In this document: positions 1 through 5,565 of the stretch, in pieces
How positions within the stretch are numbered: the stretch's first letter is position 1
Layout: each line of letters starts with the position of its first letter
DNA from: a virus
Taxonomy: Duplodnaviria; Heunggongvirae; Uroviricota; Caudoviricetes
DNA: 6,083 bases
Virus record (IMG/VR): IMGVR_UViG_2529292885_000013
Direction: 5' to 3' (one strand)
Made by a program: the position numbers and the translations under genes
Notes under the pieces: model-generated
Databases searched by the model: none
What the model was told of the DNA's origin: nothing
What the model saw: only the letters and a program-made list of their open reading frames with translations

Positions 1-538
1 ATTTCTTCCTGTGTTGCGGCTTCCCGGACTGGTAACGCAGCACCTGCTGGCTGAGGAAAGGCCTTACCATCATTTTTCGTTACCGGCGCGGCTTTCGGAT
101 CTGCTGGTAAATTACCCCCCGACATGCAGTAACGAAATTTACCGTTCTGATTAACGCGTGCCAGCCGCCCCGTTGCGGTTACCACCGCCAGCGTGGAAGC
201 AACCTTGCGAGTACTGACGCCGAACTTACCCGCCAGTTCCTCACACGTTTTAGCACCATCCTGACCGATAAACTCAACCATCATGTCTGCGGTAACTTTT
301 GGAGCGACCTCTTCGGTTACCACATCCGGCGCTTCAGGTTGTAGTGCCTGCCCTTCGGTTACCCCGGCTTCACCTTCGACAGCCAGAAACCAGGTGTGAC
401 CCGTTTTATCAACAACGCCATTTTTTTGAGTTCCCACAGTTCGTTAAGAACTTCTTCACGGCTGATATCAAGCCGCGCCGCCAGTTCAACAGAATTGGCT
501 TTTCCCATCGCTTTCAGTGCATGCAATACAGTTTCCAT
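1..538 (-). pseudogene. Frameshifted, 5'-complete but 3'-truncated-by-window gene for a prophage protein with tandem winged-helix-like domains (N-terminal 59-codon frame 538..359; continuation in the -1 frame from ~427 to position 1 and beyond)
   Basis: Minus-strand ATG at 538 with GAGGT 9 nt upstream, 25 nt after the DnaC-like stop. It translates [39 protein letters not shown], then stops at 359 in that frame. Re-reading one base at the A7 run (T7 on plus, 421-427) gives ...[20 protein letters not shown]..., which completes a winged-helix fold and stays open for >170 codons to the window edge. A second similar domain follows (MMVEFIGQDGAKTCEELAGKFGVSTRKVASTLAVVTATGRLARVNQNGKFRYCM). Absent from the ORF track because neither frame is a complete long ORF. 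Confidence 0.5.
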
Positions 539-563
539 CGAAAATTTACCTCGTCAAAAATTC

Positions 564-1304
564 TCACATACCCTGACGTCCAACGTTTGACCGCCAGCTC
601 TCCCAGTTAAAATTCACCCAACGACCACCATTCATGGTCATACGGTCCATCACCCGATCTCCGAGGAGTGTGCTCATCGCTGCGTGATTCAGGTTCGTCA
701 GCATTCCGACACTACGCATCGAAGCCGTTCTGCGGTCGACTATCTGGTTCAGCGTGACCTGCTCGTTGCGCGTATCCCGCTGCATGCCAATTTCATCAAG
801 GACCAGAAGGTCAACTCCACAAAGCTCCTGTAAAAATTTTTCCCCGGACTGGCCGTTGTCGTAGCCGTCATGCAACACGCTCATGACATCGGACACGGTG
901 ACGATAATCACGCTTCTCCCCTTCGCCATCAGCCGATTGCCAATCGCTGCTGCCAGGTGATTTTTACCGGTACCAGGTTTACCGCTGAACACGAAGTTTG
1001 TACATCCGGTCATCAATTCATCGGCAATGGATTTCGCCTGGCTCAGAGCATGGCGCTGACCGTCGTTCTGCACCCGGTAGTTCCCGAATGAGCACTTCCT
1101 GTGAAGCGGCTGGATGCCCGCACGGTTCAGGATTTTTTCAACCCGCACCTGATGATTCAGGCGGTTAATCTCCTCGCTGCGTTTTCGTCCTTCAGCAAGT
1201 TGCCATTCCCGCCACTCCTCCACCGTCCGGTACGGTGGAACCGCCCCCTGTGGTGCAAGTCTGCGAATACGTTCAAGAACCCCAACTGCCGCAATGTTTT
1301 TCAT
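564..1304 (-). CDS. DnaC-like replicative helicase loader (lambda P-equivalent, IstB/DnaC AAA+ ATPase)
   Basis: 246-aa ORF with Walker A (FSGKPGTGKNHLAAAIG) and Walker B (DLLVLDEIG) motifs. Start ATG lies 6 nt after the stop of the upstream O-like gene with a G-rich SD, an operon arrangement typical of lambdoid replication modules. Similar in size and position to Rac YdaV (from memory). Confidence 0.9.
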   Translation of the reverse strand: MKNIAAVGVLERIRRLAPQGAVPPYRTVEEWREWQLAEGRKRSEEINRLNHQVRVEKILNRAGIQPLHRKCSFGNYRVQNDGQRHALSQAKSIADELMTGCTNFVFSGKPGTGKNHLAAAIGNRLMAKGRSVIIVTVSDVMSVLHDGYDNGQSGEKFLQELCGVDLLVLDEIGMQRDTRNEQVTLNQIVDRRTASMRSVGMLTNLNHAAMSTLLGDRVMDRMTMNGGRWVNFNWESWRSNVGRQGM

Positions 1305-1310
1305 GACACG

Positions 1311-2288
1311 TCACCCCCTGAATCCCGGCGGTATTTCAGTGTCCGGTTCAGAAATGTGATTCACGCAACGCTGCGCGGGCGAACGCCCCAGGCGGATAAC
1401 CAGTTCATCCCATTTTTCCCGGAGTTTTGCCGGACTCATGATGTTTTTTACCCAGAACGAATCCCGCTGGAGACGCCCAAACATTTCACAAATTTGTCTG
1501 TGAGTTCTGCCATCCAGCATCCGCATTGTCCGCACGTCATTGGCCCATGCAGTCCAGTTGGGTTCTTTCGGTCTCGTGATCTCGCCATCATCGCTGGCCG
1601 CCTGCTCGTAAAGACTCACGATTCGTCCCCAGATCCACTGTGCGCACACCAAATCTTCCTGACTTCCCCACTGGCGTTTTTTCGCACTGAACACAACCGC
1701 GTCAGGGTGTCGGGTTAAAAAATTCTGTTCAGCCGTCTGCGGGTCCGGTTGCGAAGCGTCCGGACAAGAAGATCTTTTATCTGACGGATCAGGTTTTAAT
1801 ACTGACGGATCGGGGTCAATCATCGCCCCCCTAATCGGCAGTTTGTTATCAACAGTTGATCCATCAAAATTTGACGGGTCAACCGTTGAGGGGGCAATAT
1901 TTGACGGGTCAACTGTTAACGGGTCATTTTTTGCCGGGCTAATTTTTCTTTTCGGTTTATATGACTCACGCGCCGCCGCAGCAGCTGCTTCGAGTTTTTC
2001 CACATTAAGCCGATAGATATTGCTTACATTACGCCCACCGACCTTACGCTCTTCCTTCGTCAGCCAGCCCTCTTTCGCCAGTTCTGCAATAGCCGATTTC
2101 ACTGTGGATTCACTTCTTGCACCGATCTGACGCCGGATAGTTTCAATGGCAGGCCATGACACGCCCTCGTCATTGCTGTAGTCTGCAAGACGGGCCATAA
2201 CCGCCACCCTGGATAAGATCATGCCGGTGAAGGCGCACCCTTCCCAGACAAGACCATGAAGCTTGCTGCTCATAAAACCCCCGAACAC
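1311..2288 (-). CDS. Phage replication initiator (lambda O-like replisome organiser) with N-terminal HTH domain; start either GTG at 2288 or, more likely, ATG at 2273
   Basis: 325-aa ORF. N-terminal winged-HTH-like segment (LSRVAVMARLADYSNDEGVSWPAIETIRRQIGARSESTVKSAIAELAKEGWLTKEE), a central low-complexity linker (AAAAAARE...PLTVDPSNIAPSTVDPSNFDGSTVDN) encoded by iteron DNA, and a C-terminal domain. Sits immediately upstream of the DnaC-like gene. The ATG at 2273 is preceded by GGGGG; the GTG at 2288 has no SD. Confidence 0.85.
   Translation of the reverse strand: MFGGFMSSKLHGLVWEGCAFTGMILSRVAVMARLADYSNDEGVSWPAIETIRRQIGARSESTVKSAIAELAKEGWLTKEERKVGGRNVSNIYRLNVEKLEAAAAAARESYKPKRKISPAKNDPLTVDPSNIAPSTVDPSNFDGSTVDNKLPIRGAMIDPDPSVLKPDPSDKRSSCPDASQPDPQTAEQNFLTRHPDAVVFSAKKRQWGSQEDLVCAQWIWGRIVSLYEQAASDDGEITRPKEPNWTAWANDVRTMRMLDGRTHRQICEMFGRLQRDSFWVKNIMSPAKLREKWDELVIRLGRSPAQRCVNHISEPDTEIPPGFRG
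1781..1965. repeat. Putative prophage origin of replication: iteron cluster inside the O-like gene plus adjacent AT-rich stretch
   Basis: TTGACGGGTCAAC(C/T)GTT occurs at 1871-1887 and 1901-1917 (30-bp period). Related palindromic units ATCAACAGTTGAT (1848-1860), TCAACCGTTGA (1880-1890) and AACGGGTCA (1918-1926). CTGACGGATC is repeated at 1781-1790 and 1802-1811. AT-rich segment ~1925-1965 (cattttttgccgggctaatttttcttttcggtttatatgac). Lambda ori likewise lies in the middle of gene O. Confidence 0.6.
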
Positions 2289-2295
2289 CGTGCTT

Positions 2296-2721
2296 TTAGT
2301 GCATCACCACAGCATTCCCTGCCGGGCCGCCGCGATTCATCTGGTCATACAAAACAACCGCTGACGCAACAAAATCATCGACATCCTTCACCAGCCGATC
2401 CCTCCGTTCGACGATCTCACGGTAATATTCAGAACTGTGGCTGCGCATACGGGCCACCAGCAAAGGCGGCATCGCCTTTTCGATCGCCGGTAACAGAGCC
2501 TGCATTTTTTCAACAGCATCAGGGGTGTCTTTATCCAGCCAACGGAAAATTTTCTGGGTATTACGGGCCAGGGCTTCCGGATGGCTGTCGTCATACAGTT
2601 CCGGGAACGTCATTCCCAGCTCGAAATACGCTTTGGTAATTTTCGCAGCCGGTACTTTTTCGCCGTCCGGATGCGCCCAGACATTCATCGCCATGCGGAT
2701 GTGTTCATGCTTGATTTTCAT
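2296..2721 (-). CDS. ydaT: YdaT-like protein (occupies the cII position of the Rac-type immunity region)
   Basis: 141-aa ORF immediately downstream of, and overlapping by 4 bp (ATGA) with, the Cro-like gene; 7 nt upstream of the O-like gene. Size and position match Rac YdaT (~140 aa). Family assignment is from memory. Confidence 0.65.
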   Translation of the reverse strand: MKIKHEHIRMAMNVWAHPDGEKVPAAKITKAYFELGMTFPELYDDSHPEALARNTQKIFRWLDKDTPDAVEKMQALLPAIEKAMPPLLVARMRSHSSEYYREIVERRDRLVKDVDDFVASAVVLYDQMNRGGPAGNAVVMH

Positions 2722-3020
2722 GAATCAACTCCATCAGATAAGCATGCACTACAATCACCTTCAGCATGAACTACATGTGTTTGCCCCAAACGAATGCCGC
2801 TCGCATACTCAGGCCAAATAAGCTCCCAATCATGGGGTCGTAGCTCCGCCCTACTTACTTGGCCTTCCGTCGCAGATTCGATCATAAGGGCGCGGGTTGG
2901 AGATATAGCTGTTCGTCCAGACGCCATTTGCGATAAGTAAGATGGCGATACACCAAGTCTGGCCGCGAATTTCTTAGCATCACCAACCCTTAATGATTTA
3001 ATAAACTCTTTTAATGTCAT
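2718..3020 (-). CDS. ydaS: Cro-like HTH transcriptional regulator (YdaS family)
   Basis: 100-aa ORF with an HTH segment (AKKFAARLGVSPSYLSQMASGRTAISPTRALMIESAT) and an ELRPHDWELIWPE motif that I recall from YdaS/Cro-like prophage regulators. SD GAGGAAGG precedes the ATG. Divergent from the CI-like repressor gene across an operator-rich intergenic region. Confidence 0.75.
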   Translation of the reverse strand: MTLKEFIKSLRVGDAKKFAARLGVSPSYLSQMASGRTAISPTRALMIESATEGQVSRAELRPHDWELIWPEYASGIRLGQTHVVHAEGDCSACLSDGVDS

Positions 3021-3117
3021 ACCTTCCTCGGTTTAGTGTTTTTTTGCGAGTTTAGTGTTTAATAAACCATTAAGTCAAGTATTTGCTTGTTTAGTGATTA
3101 CTAAAGATAATTACCAC
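3021..3117. promoter_or_regulatory. Divergent immunity promoter/operator region (pR-like on minus strand, pRM-like on plus strand) with repeated TTTAGT/ACTAAA half-sites
   Basis: Plus strand: -35 TTGCTT (3083-3088), 17-bp spacer, -10 GATAAT (3106-3111), ATG at 3118. Minus strand: -35 TTGACT (3078..3073), 18-bp spacer, -10 TAAACT (3054..3049). Inverted repeat TTTAGT-GATT-ACTAAA at 3090-3105 fills the plus-promoter spacer; further TTTAGT copies at 3032-3037 and 3051-3056; GTTTA-A-TAAAC palindrome at 3056-3066. Confidence 0.6.
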
Positions 3118-3489
3118 ATGCAAAAAAAAGAAATTCGCCGTTTACGTCTCAAGGAGTGGTTTAAAGATAAAACTCTGCCACCCAAAGAGAAGAGCTACCT
3201 ATCTCAACTAATGAGTGGGAGAGCCTCGTTTGGAGAAAAGGCTGCCAGAAGAATAGAGCAAACATACGGGATGCCGGAAGGGTATCTGGATGCGGAATAC
3301 GCAGAACAACCGGGGGGTTCTCCACCACATGCAGGGTTAACGTCTAATCAACTGGAATTATTGCAGATTTTTTCAGCCTTCCCTGAGGATGAGCAACGCC
3401 AGATAATCAGCGAGTTAAAGCAGAAAAAAGAATCAATGGAAGATCTCATAGCGAGATGGATTGCGGCGCAAAAATGCCGCCGCGCCTGA
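3118..3489 (+). CDS. paaR: CI-like HTH (XRE-family) repressor; candidate PaaR-type regulator of the downstream ParE toxin-antitoxin pair and candidate prophage repressor
   Basis: 123 aa from the ATG at 3118 (MQKKEIRRLRLKEWF...). HTH segment SYLSQLMSGRASFGEKAARRIEQTYGMPEGYLD. Located exactly at the cI position, divergent from the cro-like gene. No SD upstream and a -10 hexamer 6 nt before the ATG suggest a leaderless mRNA. The in-frame upstream ATG at 3055 (144 aa) lies inside the operator region and lacks an SD. Confidence 0.7.
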   Translation: MQKKEIRRLRLKEWFKDKTLPPKEKSYLSQLMSGRASFGEKAARRIEQTYGMPEGYLDAEYAEQPGGSPPHAGLTSNQLELLQIFSAFPEDEQRQIISELKQKKESMEDLIARWIAAQKCRRA

Positions 3490-3509
3490 GTTATAAAACC
3501 GGAGGAAAC

Positions 3510-3701
3510 ATGAATAGAGCCCTTTCACCAATGGTTTCTGAATTTGAAACCATTGAACAAGAAAACAGTTACAACGAATGGCTGCGTGCGAAAGTAGCAA
3601 CGAGCCTTGCAGATCCGCGCCCAGCAATTCCCCATGACGAAGTTGAGCGCAGAATGGCAGAACGCTTTGCTAAGATGCGCAAGGAACGGAGCAAGCAGTA
3701 A
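3510..3701 (+). CDS. paaA: Small antitoxin of a ParE-family toxin-antitoxin pair (PaaA-like, ParE-associated antitoxin)
   Basis: 63-aa ORF from the ATG at 3510 with a GGAGG SD 5 nt upstream (MNRALSPMVSEFETIEQENSYNEWLRAKVATSLADPRPAIPHDEVERRMAERFAKMRKERSKQ). Its stop TAA (3699-3701) is 1 nt before the toxin ATG (3703), indicating translational coupling. Small, charged and helix-prone. Matches my recollection of the 63-aa PaaA2 antitoxin of E. coli O157:H7; paralogue number (1 vs 2) cannot be resolved here. Confidence 0.7.
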   Translation: MNRALSPMVSEFETIEQENSYNEWLRAKVATSLADPRPAIPHDEVERRMAERFAKMRKERSKQ

Positions 3702-3702
3702 A

Positions 3703-3981
3703 ATGTTACCCGTGTTATGGCTTGAAAGCGCAGATACCGACCTAGATGATATAACTAGTTATATTGCTCGTTTCGACATAGATGCGGCTGAACGCTTATG
3801 GCAGCGATTAAGGGGTTGTGTGCTGCCGTTATCCGAACATCCGTATTTATACCCACCAAGCGACAGAGTACCTGGCTTGCGTGAGATTGTAGCCCACCCT
3901 AACTATATAATTCTATACCGCGTAACAACATCAAGCGTTGAAGTAGTAAACGTGATCCACGCAAGACGCCAGTTTCCCTAA
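3703..3981 (+). CDS. parE: ParE/RelE-superfamily toxin (ParE-like)
   Basis: 92-aa ORF from the ATG at 3703 (MLPVLWLESADTDLDDITSYIARFDIDAAERLWQRLRGCVLPLSEHPYLYPPSDRVPGLREIVAHPNYIILYRVTTSSVEVVNVIHARRQFP). Shows the ParE hallmarks: N-terminal W...A..DL..I..YI, central P.LG...R...LRE, C-terminal Y.I.YRV......V.V..V.HARR. Tightly coupled to the upstream antitoxin gene. Confidence 0.85.
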   Translation: MLPVLWLESADTDLDDITSYIARFDIDAAERLWQRLRGCVLPLSEHPYLYPPSDRVPGLREIVAHPNYIILYRVTTSSVEVVNVIHARRQFP

Positions 3982-4006
3982 CTTTCACTACCAATAGAAA
4001 CATAAC

Positions 4007-4046
4007 AACCGCAACGACTTTATCAAAAGCGTTGTGTTTGTTATGT
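4007..4046 (+). terminator. Weak candidate intrinsic terminator downstream of the toxin gene
   Basis: Imperfect hairpin: AACCGCAACG (4007-4016), 13-nt loop, CGTTGTGTTTG (4030-4040; 5 perfect bp plus G-U and mismatch-interrupted pairs), followed by a T-rich tail (tttgttatgt). Confidence 0.25.
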
Positions 4047-4050
4047 CCCG

Positions 4051-4096
4051 CGGTTTAGTTTTTACTTGACTTAAGTTTAATGTTTATTAAACTAAA
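4051..4096 (+). promoter_or_regulatory. pL-like outward promoter with operator half-sites (oL-like), related in sequence to the pR-like element
   Basis: -35 TTGACT (4066-4071), 16-bp spacer, -10 TAAACT (4088-4093). The stretch ACTTGACTTAA...GTTTATTAAAC...CTAAA is shared with the minus-strand reading of the oR region (3050-3082). TTTAGT at 4054-4059 and ACTAAA at 4091-4096 match the oR half-sites. Confidence 0.4.
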
Positions 4097-4411
4097 AATA
4101 CCAACCCACCCCGCCCCACAGAACGCAGGGAAATACTTCGAGTTACCCGGCAGTGGTCAGGGGTTAAGTAGCCAGCCCGAGGCGTATGAACATGACGGCA
4201 GGGTTCAACTTTAATAACTATGCAGCAGTTTTTTGTTCCGCTACCCCGGCGTTAAGGGGAAACAGAGGGTTTCTCAGTGGGCGAAGTCAAACATCAGAAT
4301 GGAAGGCATCCCGGGATCGGCAAAGAAGCAGCAATGGCGCTTTATATTGACATCAGCGCCATTGCAGGACAGGTAAGAGTTATCAGAGCGGTAACTAAGC
4401 GGTATGCGCCT

Positions 4412-4612
4412 TTACTTCAGAAAGTCTCTGGTGAGTGCACCGAAGATATTGTCAACGATTTCGTCATCGAACTGCGAGGACTCATCTTCAGTTACAAGGT
4501 GACCACAATTTTTGCAGATGGCTCCCGCGAAACTGTCAGAGCCCTGCGGCTTAAAGGATGTGTCAAAGACTTCGCCACCACATTCTGGGCAAGAAAACTT
4601 GATTGTATTCAT
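4412..4612 (-). CDS. Small zinc-ribbon protein (CxxC...CxxC), hypothetical
   Basis: 66 aa from the ATG at 4612 (the ORF track starts 2 codons earlier at a TTG). SD AGGA 8 nt upstream. Two Cys pairs (CPEC and CKNC) about 20 residues apart. Codon usage is typical E. coli, whereas the overlapping plus-strand ORF 4277..4633 is rich in rare AGA/AGG/CGA codons. Confidence 0.55.
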   Translation of the reverse strand: MNTIKFSCPECGGEVFDTSFKPQGSDSFAGAICKNCGHLVTEDESSQFDDEIVDNIFGALTRDFLK

Positions 4613-4705
4613 AACCAATTTCCTCTCGAGTAACAGACCCCTCAGAGGATACCACCTCGCCTGACGTGGTTAAAAAGCAGGCAACGCTAACCACAAGGAG
4701 CCGAC

Positions 4706-4924
4706 ATGCAGAAACGAGACCCCGTCATCATCGCGCCAGACTATACCGATGATGAACTTTATGAGTGGATGCACCAGAAAATTAAGGCGGTGCAGGACCT
4801 GAAATGGGCCAATGAAGCCAGGGCTAAGCAGGCTGAAAATCTGTCCGCTCTGGAGCAGGATATCACCAATCTGGAAAAAGCAGCGGCATTAAGCATTGCC
4901 AGAATGATTACATACCCACGTTAA
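4706..4924 (+). CDS. Hypothetical 72-aa prophage protein with coiled-coil-like C-terminal half (occupies the position of a Rac early-left small gene such as kilR; homology unverified)
   Basis: ATG with AAGGAG SD 6-7 nt upstream. Sequence MQKRDPVIIAPDYTDDELYEWMHQKIKAVQDLKWANEARAKQAENLSALEQDITNLEKAAALSIARMITYPR. Followed 22 nt later by the next plus-strand gene. Confidence 0.6.
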   Translation: MQKRDPVIIAPDYTDDELYEWMHQKIKAVQDLKWANEARAKQAENLSALEQDITNLEKAAALSIARMITYPR

Positions 4925-4946
4925 TAGCTAACCAACGAGGCTAATA

Positions 4947-5354
4947 ATGGAATTTAAAGATTTACCAACGCCATTACAGGAAATGGCATCGAATATAGTT
5001 CGTTCACAACTGGCTACTCTTGACCTTAGTACCGCAGAAAAAGAAACCATCGATAATATGGTTCGTAATGTGCGCAATGCTTTTTCTGGGCTATATGGTT
5101 CTGATAATCAAAAGCAGGAAAGCGATGTTAATAAACGGGTAATTTCTGTTTGCGTGAATGGCCATGTTCTTTCATCAATCAAAACAGAAACGGCGACAGT
5201 CTTCGATTGCCTTTGCATTGTACAGAGCCTTGTTGATGCCCTGTTTCGTTCAGTGAATTTAGAAAATGATGCAAATCTGCGAGGGCGCATAATAGCACAT
5301 CCATATGCACATACTTTAGGCTCTGTGGATATCAAAGATCCCACAAATCTTTAA
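4947..5354 (+). CDS. Hypothetical 135-aa protein, AT-rich (moron-like) gene
   Basis: ATG at 4947 with GAGG SD 6 nt upstream. Long ORF in a locally AT-rich block (roughly 38-40% GC by eye versus over 50% in flanks). No family recognised. Confidence 0.6.
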   Translation: MEFKDLPTPLQEMASNIVRSQLATLDLSTAEKETIDNMVRNVRNAFSGLYGSDNQKQESDVNKRVISVCVNGHVLSSIKTETATVFDCLCIVQSLVDALFRSVNLENDANLRGRIIAHPYAHTLGSVDIKDPTNL

Positions 5355-5565
5355 TGAAATAGTTAACGCGAATTGTACTTGCTCTTTCGGTTGCTTTCAG
5401 AATACGCGTTGAAACTGCTGGCGGTAATTTGGTATTCCATTTATTAAAATCATGCCCGGGAAAGTACTCTTCGAAAATACTTTTAACTGCAGACTCGCCT
5501 ATTGAAATGCTGCTTACCATGCGATTTTGATAAAGGCATTTAGCAATAAGAGTTGATTTTAACAT
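5332..5565 (-). CDS. Hypothetical 77-aa protein, convergent with and overlapping the 3' end of the 135-aa gene by 23 bp
   Basis: ATG at 5565 with strong SD AGGAGG (rev-comp of 5570-5575) 4 nt upstream. AT-rich codons consistent with the neighbouring gene. No family recognised. Confidence 0.5.
   Translation of the reverse strand: MLKSTLIAKCLYQNRMVSSISIGESAVKSIFEEYFPGHDFNKWNTKLPPAVSTRILKATERASTIRVNYFIKDLWDL

Noticed and set aside
299-610. Plus-strand ORFs 299..610 (103 aa) and 396..590 (64 aa)
   Set aside because: They lie antisense to the minus-strand winged-helix gene, whose translation is far more protein-like. Products are low-complexity with no SD; judged shadow ORFs.
870-1718. Plus-strand ORFs 870..1091 (73 aa) and 1101..1718 (205 aa)
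   Set aside because: Entirely antisense to the DnaC-like and O-like genes, which have clear motifs and operon structure. His/Pro/Arg-rich products typical of reverse-strand artefacts.
2256-2821. ORFs 2256..2639 (+), 2388..2594 (-), 2525..2821 (+) and 2581..2769 (+)
   Set aside because: All overlap the YdaT-like or Cro-like genes in other frames or on the other strand. Compositionally odd (Cys/Arg/Trp-rich), with no ribosome-binding sites.
3055-3117. Longer 144-aa version of the CI-like gene starting at the ATG at 3055
   Set aside because: That ATG lies inside the operator/promoter region with no SD, and the extension (MFNKPLSQVFACLVITKDNYH) looks non-native. The ATG at 3118 with a leaderless arrangement is more coherent, though not proven.
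3433-3627. Minus-strand ORF 3433..3627 (64 aa), and the long-form starts of the antitoxin (3456) and toxin (3607) ORFs
   Set aside because: The minus ORF is antisense to the antitoxin gene. The upstream in-frame starts lack SDs, whereas the ATGs at 3510 and 3703 have the GGAGG and stop-start coupling expected of a TA operon.
4189-4356. 55-codon plus-strand ORF downstream of the pL-like promoter, considered as an N-like antiterminator
   Set aside because: The SD is poorly spaced (3 nt), there is no Arg-rich N-terminal motif and no boxA/boxB-like nut site upstream. Too weak to call.
4277-4633. Plus-strand 118-aa ORF with GTG start
   Set aside because: Rich in rare AGA/AGG/CGA codons, no SD, and fully overlapping the zinc-ribbon gene on the other strand, which has good codon usage and a CxxC...CxxC motif unlikely to arise by chance.
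5108-5344. Minus-strand ORF 5108..5344 (78 aa)
   Set aside because: Lies wholly inside and antisense to the 135-aa gene, with no SD; judged a shadow ORF.
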